NCBI GenBank assembly: GCA_038823825.1
Contig: JAWBCC010000001.1
Location: 30,001-62,000 of the forward strand
Origin: Candidatus Hadarchaeales archaeon
GTDB lineage: Archaea; Hadarchaeota; Hadarchaeia; Hadarchaeales; Hadarchaeaceae
DNA: 32,000 nucleotides
Reading direction: 5' to 3'
Shown here: positions 1 to 8,775 of the stretch, piece by piece
Numbering within the stretch: position 1 is the first letter of the stretch
Layout: every line of letters starts with the position of its first letter
Made by a program: the position numbers and the translations under genes
Notes under the pieces: model-generated
Databases searched by the model: none
What the model was told of the DNA's origin: nothing
The model's input: the letters and a program-made list of their open reading frames with translations, nothing else

Positions 1-1
1 A

Positions 2-445
2 GCTGCTTTAGCCGTGAACAATTCCTGTAGGTACGAATGCAGATGGGTCTATCTAAGAGTGGAAAAAAGCAAATGCATTTTCATGAGCAAAGTTGATAAA
101 AAAACTCTCTTTCTTCCGGTCGCGCACGCGGAAGGAAAATTCATTTTCGATCTAAATAGACAAGACGAGGATATTAAGAAGCTCGTGCAAAACAAGCAAT
201 TGGTCTTACGATATGCCGATGAGAGCGGTCGACCGGCGCAGGGAAGATATCCACATAATCCTAACGGGTCTATTTTCGATATCGCTGGAGTTTGCGATCC
301 ATCTGGAGTGGTATTTGGTTTGATGCCACATCCTGAAAGGGCTTTTTACTGGTTCCACAGACCGGACTGGACGGCTTCAAAAGATGAGGAATGGGCCGAT
401 GGGCGTCTGATTTTCGAATCTCTTGCGGATTATCTCAGGAGGTGA
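2..445 (+). CDS. purQ: Phosphoribosylformylglycinamidine synthase subunit PurQ (glutaminase), 3' portion; 5' end lies outside the window
   Basis: The frame is open from the window edge. C-terminal PurQ-type strings are present: RYECRWV, PVAHAEGKF, YPHNPNGS, GLMPHPERAF. Confidence 0.85.
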   Translation, partial: AALAVNNSCRYECRWVYLRVEKSKCIFMSKVDKKTLFLPVAHAEGKFIFDLNRQDEDIKKLVQNKQLVLRYADESGRPAQGRYPHNPNGSIFDIAGVCDPSGVVFGLMPHPERAFYWFHRPDWTASKDEEWADGRLIFESLADYLRR

Positions 446-1596
446 GTTCTCTGCCTTTAAATGTTAGCAAAATCAGGCGGGATTTTCCCATTTTGTCTTC
501 CGGAAAGATATATCTTGATAGCGCGGCAAGTAGCTTAACACCTGAACCCGTAATAAGAAAAGTTTTGGAGTTTTACAGAGAGTACAGAGCCAACGTCGGG
601 CGTGGTGTTTATTCTTGGTCAGCAGAAGCTACAGACGAATATGAGAGAGCCAGAAAAGAGGTAGCAAAATTAATAAATGCTAAAGATGCAAGCGAGATAA
701 TCTTTACTAAAAACACAACCGAAGGCATAAACACGGTTGCTCACGGACTAGAATGGAAAAGCGGTGACAAGATAGTTACCACAATTGTTGAGCATCATTC
801 AAATTTTATCCCTTGGTTAAGAATAACCAAAAAATTGAGCTTAAAGATTGAGATAGTTAAATCCGATGGCGCTGGCAGGTTTGAAATAACCGATTTTGAA
901 AAAGCAATCGATGAACGTACGAAATTAATCGCGATTTCCCATGCTTCAAATGTTCTTGGAACAGTCTTGCCGGTAAAGGAAGTTACGAAAATCGCGCATG
1001 AACGAGGAGCAAAAATTCTAATCGACGGCGCCCAATCTGTGCCGCACATGCCTGTAGATGTCTCCGAAATAGGTTGTGATTTTCTAGCGTTTTCTGGCCA
1101 TAAGATGTTGGCTCCAACTGGCATTGGAGTTTTATATGTTAACAGTGATAGCTCCGATGTTTTGGAGCCTTTAGCTGTAGGAGGAGGGACAGTCGATCAT
1201 GTTTCAATATCGGACTTCAGTTTAACGAGATCGCCCGACCGGTTCGAGGCAGGAACACCACCAATTGCTCAAGCTATCGGGCTTGGAGAGGCGGCCAAAT
1301 ATTTGCGAAGACTTGATATGGAGGACATCGCTGTTCATGAACGTAAACTGACCGAGAAAATCATTTCCGGTCTTTCAGAAATCGAGGACACAGAAATTTA
1401 CGGACCACTGACTTGTGATGATATAATAGGAATTGTCGCATTCAATGTTCGGGATTTAGATCCAAACGGAGTGGCAGAAATTCTCGATGAAAAAGGAGGA
1501 ATAATGGTCAGATCAGGTCATCACTGTGCGATGCCACTTCATGTCGAGCTTCTCAGAAGACCACTGGGAAGCGTCAGAGCTTCTGTTTATATATAA
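442..1596 (+). CDS. sufS: Cysteine desulfurase, class V aminotransferase (SufS/CsdA-like), C-terminally truncated by an apparent frameshift
   Basis: N-terminal IRRDFPIL, PLP-lysine region FSGHKMLAPTGIGVLY, and active-site RSGHHCAMPL (group II desulfurase wording). There is no in-frame ATG. GTG at 442 overlaps the purQ stop (GTGA), so the start is uncertain. The stop at 1594-1596 falls inside a TATATATA tract. Confidence 0.85.
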   Translation: MSSLPLNVSKIRRDFPILSSGKIYLDSAASSLTPEPVIRKVLEFYREYRANVGRGVYSWSAEATDEYERARKEVAKLINAKDASEIIFTKNTTEGINTVAHGLEWKSGDKIVTTIVEHHSNFIPWLRITKKLSLKIEIVKSDGAGRFEITDFEKAIDERTKLIAISHASNVLGTVLPVKEVTKIAHERGAKILIDGAQSVPHMPVDVSEIGCDFLAFSGHKMLAPTGIGVLYVNSDSSDVLEPLAVGGGTVDHVSISDFSLTRSPDRFEAGTPPIAQAIGLGEAAKYLRRLDMEDIAVHERKLTEKIISGLSEIEDTEIYGPLTCDDIIGIVAFNVRDLDPNGVAEILDEKGGIMVRSGHHCAMPLHVELLRRPLGSVRASVYI

Positions 1597-1660
1597 CACT
1601 GCTAGAGAAATCGATAAATTAATCGAAATGATCGAAAGAATCGCAAAGATGAAATCCTGA
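1595..1660 (+). other. Out-of-frame continuation encoding the conserved C-terminal tail of the desulfurase (NTAREIDKLIEMIERIAKMKS)
   Basis: Shifting frame at the stop gives ...RASVYI/(Y)NTAREIDKL.... This matches the SufS-family ending RAS-x-Y-x-YNT-x-EE-I/V-D-x-L. The tail ends at TGA 1658-1660. Confidence 0.7.
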
Positions 1661-1689
1661 GGTTTCTTTATAACTTACTAGTCTGAAAT

Positions 1690-2925
1690 TTGACTGGAGA
1701 TCTGGAGGGCGAGAAAATCCCAGATATACCGAGGGAAAAGCTCGAGAAGTATCTTCATCTGAGGCGGGAATTTAGGGAAGAGAGATATATAAACCTCAAT
1801 CCGCTTCAGCGTGGAGGAATTCTGACACAAGCTGCCAGAGAGGCACTACTTGAATTTGGTGATGGTTACTCTGTTTGTGACTGGTGTCCTCCAAAAATGG
1901 CTAGATTAGATAAAATCGGGACCCCGCCGATAGCAGATTTCTATGCAGATTTGGCCGAATTTCTTGGCATGGATGTCGCAAGAGTTGTGACTAGATGCAG
2001 AGAAGCGAAATTCATAGCTTTCAGGATGCTCGGTGAGCCGGGAGATTATGTTGTAATAGACAGCCTCGCACACTACTCGACGTACATCGCCGCAGAGTTG
2101 GCTAGACTTAAAGTTAAAGAGGTTCCGAATAGTGGATACCCAGAGTTTCGGCTCAACTTGGATGCCTATGCCGAAAAAATAGAAGAAGTGAAGAAAGAGA
2201 TAGGAAAGCCACCGGCGTTGGTTCTTCTTACACATGTCGATTATCTCTATGGAAACCTGAATGATGCGGAGAAAGTTGCGAAGATCGCCCATGAATATAA
2301 TGTTCCGGTTCTTCTGAATGCCGCATATACAGCGGGCGTAATGCCGGTTGATGGAAAAAGGCTAGGTGTGGATATAATCACTGGAAGCGGTCACAAATCT
2401 TGGGCTGCGAGCGCCCCGACCGGAATTTTAGCAATGACGGAAGAGATAGCCGAGCGGATCTTGGCACCCTCCAAAATCCGGGGAGATTTGACCGGCAGGA
2501 CTTTTGGTGTAAAAGAGTACGCATTGCTCGGTTGCACAGTAATGGGCGCACCATTGATCTCTCTTATGGCATCTTTTCCTTACGTCGTCGAGAGAGTCAA
2601 GCGATGGCCAGAAGAAGTCGAGAAAACGAGATGGTTGGTTGATCAGCTTGAAAAGATAGAAGGAACCAAACAACTCGGTGTGAAACCGAAGGAGCATACA
2701 CTAGTCCACATCGAGTCAGAGGGATTTTTCAAAGTATCACAAACTCATAAACGTCGTGGCTACTTCCTTTATGACGAACTAAGGGAAAGGGGAATAGTCG
2801 GAATTCAACCCGGGTTAACCAAGCATTTCAAACTCAACACATATGGTCTTGATTGGGAAAAGATAAAAAAGGTAGGAGAAGCTTTCTTGGAGATAGCTGA
2901 GAAATATGAACTAAAGATAGGATAA
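1690..2925 (+). CDS. pscS: O-phosphoseryl-tRNA(Cys):Cys-tRNA synthase (SepCysS)
   Basis: INLNPLQRGG, EFGDGYSVCDWC, PLP-lysine motif GSGHKSWAASAPTG, LLGCTVMGAPLISLMASFPYVVERVKRW, GIQPGLTKHFKLNTYGL. These closely parallel the Archaeoglobus/Methanocaldococcus SepCysS sequences as I recall them. The only start candidate is TTG at 1690. Confidence 0.9.
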   Translation: MTGDLEGEKIPDIPREKLEKYLHLRREFREERYINLNPLQRGGILTQAAREALLEFGDGYSVCDWCPPKMARLDKIGTPPIADFYADLAEFLGMDVARVVTRCREAKFIAFRMLGEPGDYVVIDSLAHYSTYIAAELARLKVKEVPNSGYPEFRLNLDAYAEKIEEVKKEIGKPPALVLLTHVDYLYGNLNDAEKVAKIAHEYNVPVLLNAAYTAGVMPVDGKRLGVDIITGSGHKSWAASAPTGILAMTEEIAERILAPSKIRGDLTGRTFGVKEYALLGCTVMGAPLISLMASFPYVVERVKRWPEEVEKTRWLVDQLEKIEGTKQLGVKPKEHTLVHIESEGFFKVSQTHKRRGYFLYDELRERGIVGIQPGLTKHFKLNTYGLDWEKIKKVGEAFLEIAEKYELKIG

Positions 2926-2926
2926 C

Positions 2927-3838
2927 CTACTGTTTTAATCGCTGTAGATACTCATAGGCTGAAATTGATGCTTTTGCTCCTTCTCCAGCCGCAACTACGA
3001 TTTGTTTTTGTGGGACATTCGTCACATCTCCAGCCGCAAACAACCCATCCACATTTGTACGACATCTTGCATCAACTATTATCTCTCCTTTTTCGTTCAG
3101 TTCTACCAAATGGCGTACAATGTCTGAGTTTGGGATTTGTCCTATTTCGATGAAGACCCCATCCACTGGTAATGTGAACTTCTTTCCTTCTCTTTCGACA
3201 ACAATCTCTTTTACAAATCTATTTCCCAATATCTCCAGTACTTTTGTGTTTGTCAATATCGCGACCTTGTCGCTTTGTATAACTTTCTCTTTCATTATTT
3301 TGTCGCCCTTTAACTCAGAGGAAATTTCTATTAGATATATTTGTCTAGCGATTCTCGTAAGTTGCAAAGTCGCATCAAGTCCAGCATTTCCTCCTCCGAT
3401 CACAGCCACATTTTTGTTCATAAATAAAGGAGCATCACATGTCGCACAATATGTGACCCCACGATTTTTAAATTCGTCCTCACCAGGCACACCTAGTTTC
3501 TTAGGTTCGGTCCCGGTGGCGACTATCACAGATCTGCTTTTGTACCGACCCCTCGTGGTTTGAACTTCAAAACCTTCGGGGATTTTTTCAATATGTTTGG
3601 CCTCTTCGAAAAGAATTGTGATGTTGAAAGCACGGACATGTTCTTCAAATTTTTGGGCTAGCTCAGATCCGGTTATGAACTGATATCCAGTATAATTTTC
3701 TATGTTTGCACTCCAAGCAGCTTTGCCTCCTATGTCTTTTGTTATTAAAACAAAATTTACTCTTTTTCTCGCAGAGTAAATGGCTGCAGTTATTCCCGCC
3801 GGACCGCCACCAACTATAATAAGTTCGTATATCGTCAT
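2927..3838 (-). CDS. trxB: Thioredoxin reductase-like FAD/NAD(P)H disulfide oxidoreductase
   Basis: N-terminal VGGGPAG FAD motif, redox-active CATCD (CxxC), second dinucleotide motif GGGNAG, C-terminal FAAGDV. Its stop is 1 nt from the convergent SepCysS stop. Confidence 0.85.
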   Translation of the reverse strand: MTIYELIIVGGGPAGITAAIYSARKRVNFVLITKDIGGKAAWSANIENYTGYQFITGSELAQKFEEHVRAFNITILFEEAKHIEKIPEGFEVQTTRGRYKSRSVIVATGTEPKKLGVPGEDEFKNRGVTYCATCDAPLFMNKNVAVIGGGNAGLDATLQLTRIARQIYLIEISSELKGDKIMKEKVIQSDKVAILTNTKVLEILGNRFVKEIVVEREGKKFTLPVDGVFIEIGQIPNSDIVRHLVELNEKGEIIVDARCRTNVDGLFAAGDVTNVPQKQIVVAAGEGAKASISAYEYLQRLKQ

Positions 3839-3915
3839 ACATCACCCGCCCTCGATTTTTGTTCCTTTGTTCGGCGCATGTCCGCATCCACACAACTTTA
3901 TCTCAGATAAACCGT

Positions 3916-4293
3916 TTAGCTAGATCCCCAAAGACCGTGGATGTTACAGTATTCCCTCGATTTTACCTGTTCTTCTTGTACTGGAAAGAAAGCTTCTGGA
4001 GCATCGCCAGGCTTAAGGAATTTTCTGTACGATCCTCTATCTGTAACGAGCTCTATCCATTCTATGTAGTGTTTTTCTTCCATCGGATGGGGTATCGAGC
4101 CCACTTTGACTATTACCCCACCTTTAACCCTTTCGATTATCGGGACATGCTTTTCCTTGCCGACATCTACGGTTTTTTCCTGCAAGAGCTCCATCGGTTG
4201 TCCGCAACAAACAAGCTGTCCAGCACCAGCGTGAAGCACGGTCACAATGTTTCCACAGATTTTGCATCTGTATACTTGGCTAATTTCAGTCAT
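3916..4293 (-). CDS. dfx: Desulfoferrodoxin (2Fe superoxide reductase)
   Basis: 125 aa. Centre I cysteines CKICGN...VCCGQPM; centre II ligands in [25 protein letters not shown]. It lies upstream of and co-oriented with the trxB-like gene. Confidence 0.9.
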   Translation of the reverse strand: MTEISQVYRCKICGNIVTVLHAGAGQLVCCGQPMELLQEKTVDVGKEKHVPIIERVKGGVIVKVGSIPHPMEEKHYIEWIELVTDRGSYRKFLKPGDAPEAFFPVQEEQVKSREYCNIHGLWGSS

Positions 4294-4320
4294 TTCATCA
4301 AAGTACTTCCATGAGCAGCG

Positions 4321-4328
4321 TTTATATA
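4321..4328. promoter_or_regulatory. TATA-box-like element (TTTATATA) in the divergent dfx / thiI-like intergenic region
   Basis: An A/T octamer about 30 nt from the dfx start (4293, implying a near-leaderless transcript) and about 50 nt from the thiI-like ATG (4378). Assignment is by position only. Confidence 0.3.
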
Positions 4329-4377
4329 GATAACGGAGCTTTACCTGTTAATAGCTCGAAAAGCGAGCTTATAGTTG

Positions 4378-5040
4378 ATGGAAAAAGTCATATGCTTAGT
4401 TTCCGGTGGAATAGACTCTCCACTTGCTTGTGCTTTAGCATCGAAAAATTTTGAGATAATTCCACTTCATTTCTGTGTTTATCCTTACGTGAGTGACGAG
4501 ACATTTTTTACAACAATTGAAATTCTCAAGAAGTTGAAAGACAGATTAGACGTAGAAAAAATTCTGATTTTTCCTTGGTCTAAAATTCTGCGCAGAATTT
4601 CTCATGCTGGTGGAAGGTACACTTGTGTTCTTTGCAGAAGGGGGATGCTGAAAGCTGCAGAAGCGTTATGTGAGAGAGAAAAATGTTCGGCGATAGTCAC
4701 CGGGGAGTCAATCGGTCAGAAGGCATCCCAAACTCTTGACAATCTTGCCGTGACATCATTTGGGATCAAGTTTCCGATCATTAGACCACTTCTGACGATG
4801 GACAAACTCGAGATAGAAAGAGAGGCGAGGAAAATTGGAATTTGGAGCGAGAAACATGCCGGATGCTGTACTGTTGTTCCGAGATATCCCTCGACAAGCG
4901 CAAAAACAGAAACTGTGGAACGCTTATTCGCGAAGATCGGATTAGAAAAAGAAATTGAAAACGAGTTGGGCAATGTTGTGGAAATTCGTAGTTTTAAAGA
5001 CGTAGAAAAATTTCAAAATTCACTGAGAAAAGAATCTTGA
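4378..5040 (+). CDS. PP-loop ATP pyrophosphatase, ThiI-like sulfurtransferase lacking the THUMP/ferredoxin-like N-terminal domains
   Basis: PP-loop LVSGGIDSP at the extreme N-terminus; ThiI-type IVTGESIGQKASQTLDNL and IIRPLLTMDKLEIE; cysteines CVLCRR and GCC. ATG at 4378 is preferred over the TTG at 4375 used by the ORF track. Confidence 0.75.
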   Translation: MEKVICLVSGGIDSPLACALASKNFEIIPLHFCVYPYVSDETFFTTIEILKKLKDRLDVEKILIFPWSKILRRISHAGGRYTCVLCRRGMLKAAEALCEREKCSAIVTGESIGQKASQTLDNLAVTSFGIKFPIIRPLLTMDKLEIEREARKIGIWSEKHAGCCTVVPRYPSTSAKTETVERLFAKIGLEKEIENELGNVVEIRSFKDVEKFQNSLRKES

Positions 5041-5049
5041 TTTAATTGT

Positions 5050-5661
5050 TCAAGCAGTTTTTTCCAGAATTTTTCTTATCTGCTTTAATTCCTCCAAGAT
5101 TTCTCTTTCCAGACCCACCTGAGCCTGCGCAAAGAGAGGCCTGTTTTTTACAGATTTTAGGATGATTTCCCGGATTTCCAAAAAATTTGGAATCCCCCAT
5201 ATTGACGCTTCAGCCCCTCTCGTTCCAGGTCCAGCAGTGCCACCAGCGGCCCCAGTGTATCCGGCGGTATATATGTGAACGGATCCCAGACCAAAAAATC
5301 GGGAAATCGGACCCTGTATCACATCAGCACACATAACGCGAGAATAAGGAACTGTATGTTTCATTTTCCACCAAACTCCTCGCTCTACTGTTGTTTCGTC
5401 TTCCTCTATTGTGAAGAAAATAGTGTCGTAGTATCGCGGAATCCAATATGCAACAAACAAAATACCTATTGTGACAATGCCGAGAGGTATAAATGTAAAT
5501 ATTTTGTATTCTCGCCAGATTTCCGGAGCGAATTTGTATGCTCCCCAGACGGGTATGCTAGCAATGAAGAAAAGCGGCAATCCAGCAAGTAAAAGATAGA
5601 TCCCATAGACCTTCTTCAGATTCGGATCGGGTTTGAACTTATTTTGGACCATACTTTTCAC
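5050..5661 (-). CDS. Membrane protein with bacterial-PH (bPH_2, YdbS/YdbT-like) domain
   Basis: Two N-terminal TM helices, then YSRVMCADVIQGPISRFFGLGSVHIYT (bPH_2-like wording), a Gly-rich insert (GAAGGTAGPGTRG), and a C-terminal amphipathic helix. The 4-nt overlap with the upstream gene implies co-translation. Confidence 0.6.
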   Translation of the reverse strand: MKSMVQNKFKPDPNLKKVYGIYLLLAGLPLFFIASIPVWGAYKFAPEIWREYKIFTFIPLGIVTIGILFVAYWIPRYYDTIFFTIEEDETTVERGVWWKMKHTVPYSRVMCADVIQGPISRFFGLGSVHIYTAGYTGAAGGTAGPGTRGAEASIWGIPNFLEIREIILKSVKNRPLFAQAQVGLEREILEELKQIRKILEKTA

Positions 5662-6368
5662 TCAAGTCTCTTTCCACAGTTAGGACAGAATTTTGCCTCT
5701 TTAACACTTATCCCCGCACCACAAAACGGACAGTAGCTCACTCCGGACGCTTTAGGTTGTTTTTCTAAACTTTTCGCGATTCTTTTTAGATAGGGTGCCT
5801 CTGCGTATTCTTCCTGATATTTAAATATAATGTTCTTTACAGCGAATGGATCTTTCACACCATAGACGCAAGTAGATGGGCTAGCAACAGGAACGACTTG
5901 CCCTCCGACTGGCCCTCCGACGACAATAGTTCCGGAAGGTCCTACTCTTCCTCCACCCGCCTGCCATCCGACCATTCCGGTTCCAAGTCCGGATTTCGTT
6001 ATCGGTATTACATTTCCGAAGCCGAAAATCCTACCAATTATGCCTTGGTCTACTACAACATCAGATATGTCGTCGTATTGGATTTGTCTAGATGAGATAG
6101 TTATGAATTTGCGATAGATCACGATTCTTTTATTTGTGAGATAGTAAGTAAACGCTTGTGAGTAAAAAATCACTGCGATTATCCCGATTATTCCGAAAAA
6201 TGTTACTAGTATTCCCAACCACCAGAGATAGCCTAGAAGAATTAGACCGATTATAAAAATGATCCCTGAAAGAATGAAATGGCCCAAAAAAGCTAGCCTT
6301 TGTGGTTTTAAAATTTTTAGTAGCTTTTCTTTTGGGAGTAAAGATATTGGGAGTTTTTCTTGTGCCAT
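5658..6368 (-). CDS. Membrane protein with bPH_2-like domain and C-terminal zinc ribbon
   Basis: Two TM helices, YYLTNKRIVIYRK...DDISDVVVDQGIIGRIFGFGNVIPIT, a long Gly-rich insert, and a C-terminal CPFCG-x11-CPNCG zinc ribbon. Confidence 0.6.
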   Translation of the reverse strand: MAQEKLPISLLPKEKLLKILKPQRLAFLGHFILSGIIFIIGLILLGYLWWLGILVTFFGIIGIIAVIFYSQAFTYYLTNKRIVIYRKFITISSRQIQYDDISDVVVDQGIIGRIFGFGNVIPITKSGLGTGMVGWQAGGGRVGPSGTIVVGGPVGGQVVPVASPSTCVYGVKDPFAVKNIIFKYQEEYAEAPYLKRIAKSLEKQPKASGVSYCPFCGAGISVKEAKFCPNCGKRLE

Positions 6369-6424
6369 TCTGAAAATAATTGTACACTAGGATTTAAAAT
6401 AGATGCTTCTGAGATTTCGAAATC

Positions 6425-6502
<78 letters not shown>

Positions 6503-6576
6503 AACAATCAAATTTTCACATGTTTTCCTCATAAAACTTATTTTTGCCTCTATCGGTATAAAATCGGGGGGCGATC

Positions 6577-7491
6577 GTGAGAAGAAAAGTGATAGAGGTT
6601 AGAAATCTTGTCAAGCGGTATGGCAACATTTTAGCCCTGTCTGGAGTTTCCTTCGATGTCTATCGTGGAGAGATTTTTACAATGGTCGGTCCGAACGGCG
6701 CCGGCAAAACGACTACGGTCGAAATCCTTGAATGTCTTAGAAACCCGACGAGTGGAAACGTGAAAATCTTTGGAATGGATATCGAGGGGCACGAAGAGGA
6801 GATAAAACAGCGGATTGGAGTTTTACCACAGGAATTCGGTACCTTTGAGAGACTTACAGTAGAAGAAAATATTCGCTTTATCGCAAAGATTTATGAACGC
6901 AGAGTTGACGTCTCAAATATTCTTCAGACCCTCGGCTTGCTCGAGCATCGAAAGAGAAAATTTGGAGAGTTATCTGGAGGGATGAAGAGACGCGTAGGAA
7001 TTGCCATGGCTCTTGCATCCTGTCCAGAAATAATCTTTCTTGATGAACCGACTACCGGTCTTGATCCTCAAGCAAGACAGGAGCTTTGGCAAACAATAAA
7101 GAATTTGAGAAAGGAAGGCATGACAATTTTTCTGACTACTCATTACATGGAGGAAGTAGAAGCTCTCGCGGATCGAGCTGCGCTGATTCTCAATGGTAAA
7201 ATATTGATAACGGATTCTGTGCGATCCCTAATTTCCAAGTATGGCGGTGGTTTCAGGGTGTCTATTTCGGAGAAAAGAGGCATAAGAATTTTGAGGAAAG
7301 TCGGCGAAAAAATCGTTCAGCAAGATGGTAAAACAACAGCGTTTTTCAAATCTCGCGAAGACATGCTCGAGGCTTTCCTTTATCTTAGTAGGCATGGTCT
7401 GAAACCAGAAATGAAAGAACCCTCTATGAATGAAGTTTTCCTGAACTTGGCAGGAGGGAGAATAAACGAGCATGGAGAGTTGATACAGTGA
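6577..7491 (+). CDS. ABC transporter ATP-binding protein (ABC-2/DrrA-like)
   Basis: Walker A GPNGAGKTT, signature LSGGMKRR, Walker B IIFLDEPTTGLD. GTG start. Confidence 0.9.
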   Translation: MRRKVIEVRNLVKRYGNILALSGVSFDVYRGEIFTMVGPNGAGKTTTVEILECLRNPTSGNVKIFGMDIEGHEEEIKQRIGVLPQEFGTFERLTVEENIRFIAKIYERRVDVSNILQTLGLLEHRKRKFGELSGGMKRRVGIAMALASCPEIIFLDEPTTGLDPQARQELWQTIKNLRKEGMTIFLTTHYMEEVEALADRAALILNGKILITDSVRSLISKYGGGFRVSISEKRGIRILRKVGEKIVQQDGKTTAFFKSREDMLEAFLYLSRHGLKPEMKEPSMNEVFLNLAGGRINEHGELIQ

Positions 7492-8738
7492 AGACTCTTC
7501 ACTTAACTGTAGTGCTTTTTAAAAACTGGATCAGAAGCAGAATGGGGGTTTTCTTTTCATTTCTCTTTCCGGTCGTTCTCCTTTTGATTTTTGGATCAGT
7601 CTTTGGAGGAGGAGCCGGGAGGTACAGCATATGGGTGCAAAATCGAGACTTGGAAAATGGGTCTCCGAGCGACCTATCGATTGCCTTCATATCCGCAATG
7701 GAGAATTCGGGTGTTTTCTCAATCAAGATGATACCACCCTCTGTCGAAATCTCGAGCTGGGTTAAGGAGCACATACCTTCGTTTACCAGCTACAGAGTTC
7801 TAGTGATACCGGAAAATTTCGGGAAAAAGGCTGCCGAGAAGGGCATCAAGGTCCGTGGCATGATAATTCTGAGTAGTTTAGATCTGATAGTCGAAACTTA
7901 TGGGGAATATATGGATGAGAACAATCTTAGATCCATTCAAGAAGGCAAATCGGCTCTGGAGAACTGGGTAACAGGAATTACACCTGAGGAAGCAACACTT
8001 ATTTTATATGTTCAAGAAGGAGATGCATCGGCTCAAGTAGTTAGCAGCGCAGTGCAGAGCATAGTTCAAGCATTCAACAATTCTCTGATAAGCGCACAAT
8101 CGGTTATCGAGGTGAAATTTACAACGCTCTCGGAGAGAACGCTCAAGCCGGCAGATTATTACGTGCCAGGATATACCGCAGCTTTCATAATGACGAATGG
8201 TGTAATTGGTTTGACATCGAACATTTCCGAGTTCAGGCGAAATGGAATTCTTAAAAGAGTGGCCGCAACACCTCTTTCGAAGAAATCTTGGATTCTGGCA
8301 AATCTGATTACGCAGGTCATACTTGCTTTTCTTCTCACGATTATAATGATTTTTTTGGGACGCCTAATATTTGGAACCAGCGGAACCCCAGACATTTTCT
8401 TCATTTGCTTGGTTCTGCTGGGAGCAACCCTTTTCTGCGCAATAGGTATAACTATGGGAGGATTGATAAAAGATGTCGAAGCAGCTAGCGCAGCGGGGAA
8501 TCTTGTTGCGTTTCCGATGATGTTCCTTTCTGGTGCGTTTTGGCCAATAGAGATAATGCCAGAAATTTTGCAGACAATTGCAAAGTGTATGCCTCTCTAT
8601 TACTTCCATCAAGGTCTCAGGCAGACACTCATCCTCGGGAATCCTGCCGGTGCTCTAACATCTTTCGTTGTACTCGGGGCTCTTTCTGTAGTTTTCGTTT
8701 TATTGGCTGTGAAAATCACAAAATGGAAAGAAATATAA
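7488..8738 (+). CDS. ABC-2 type transporter permease with large extracytoplasmic loop
   Basis: Its start overlaps the ATPase stop (GTGA). One N-terminal TM helix, a ~190-aa soluble loop, then five or six TM helices typical of ABC-2 permeases. Confidence 0.8.
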   Translation: MKTLHLTVVLFKNWIRSRMGVFFSFLFPVVLLLIFGSVFGGGAGRYSIWVQNRDLENGSPSDLSIAFISAMENSGVFSIKMIPPSVEISSWVKEHIPSFTSYRVLVIPENFGKKAAEKGIKVRGMIILSSLDLIVETYGEYMDENNLRSIQEGKSALENWVTGITPEEATLILYVQEGDASAQVVSSAVQSIVQAFNNSLISAQSVIEVKFTTLSERTLKPADYYVPGYTAAFIMTNGVIGLTSNISEFRRNGILKRVAATPLSKKSWILANLITQVILAFLLTIIMIFLGRLIFGTSGTPDIFFICLVLLGATLFCAIGITMGGLIKDVEAASAAGNLVAFPMMFLSGAFWPIEIMPEILQTIAKCMPLYYFHQGLRQTLILGNPAGALTSFVVLGALSVVFVLLAVKITKWKEI

Positions 8739-8775
8739 AAAAGAAAAAAGCTAGAGCCACGATAATCAGATTTTT

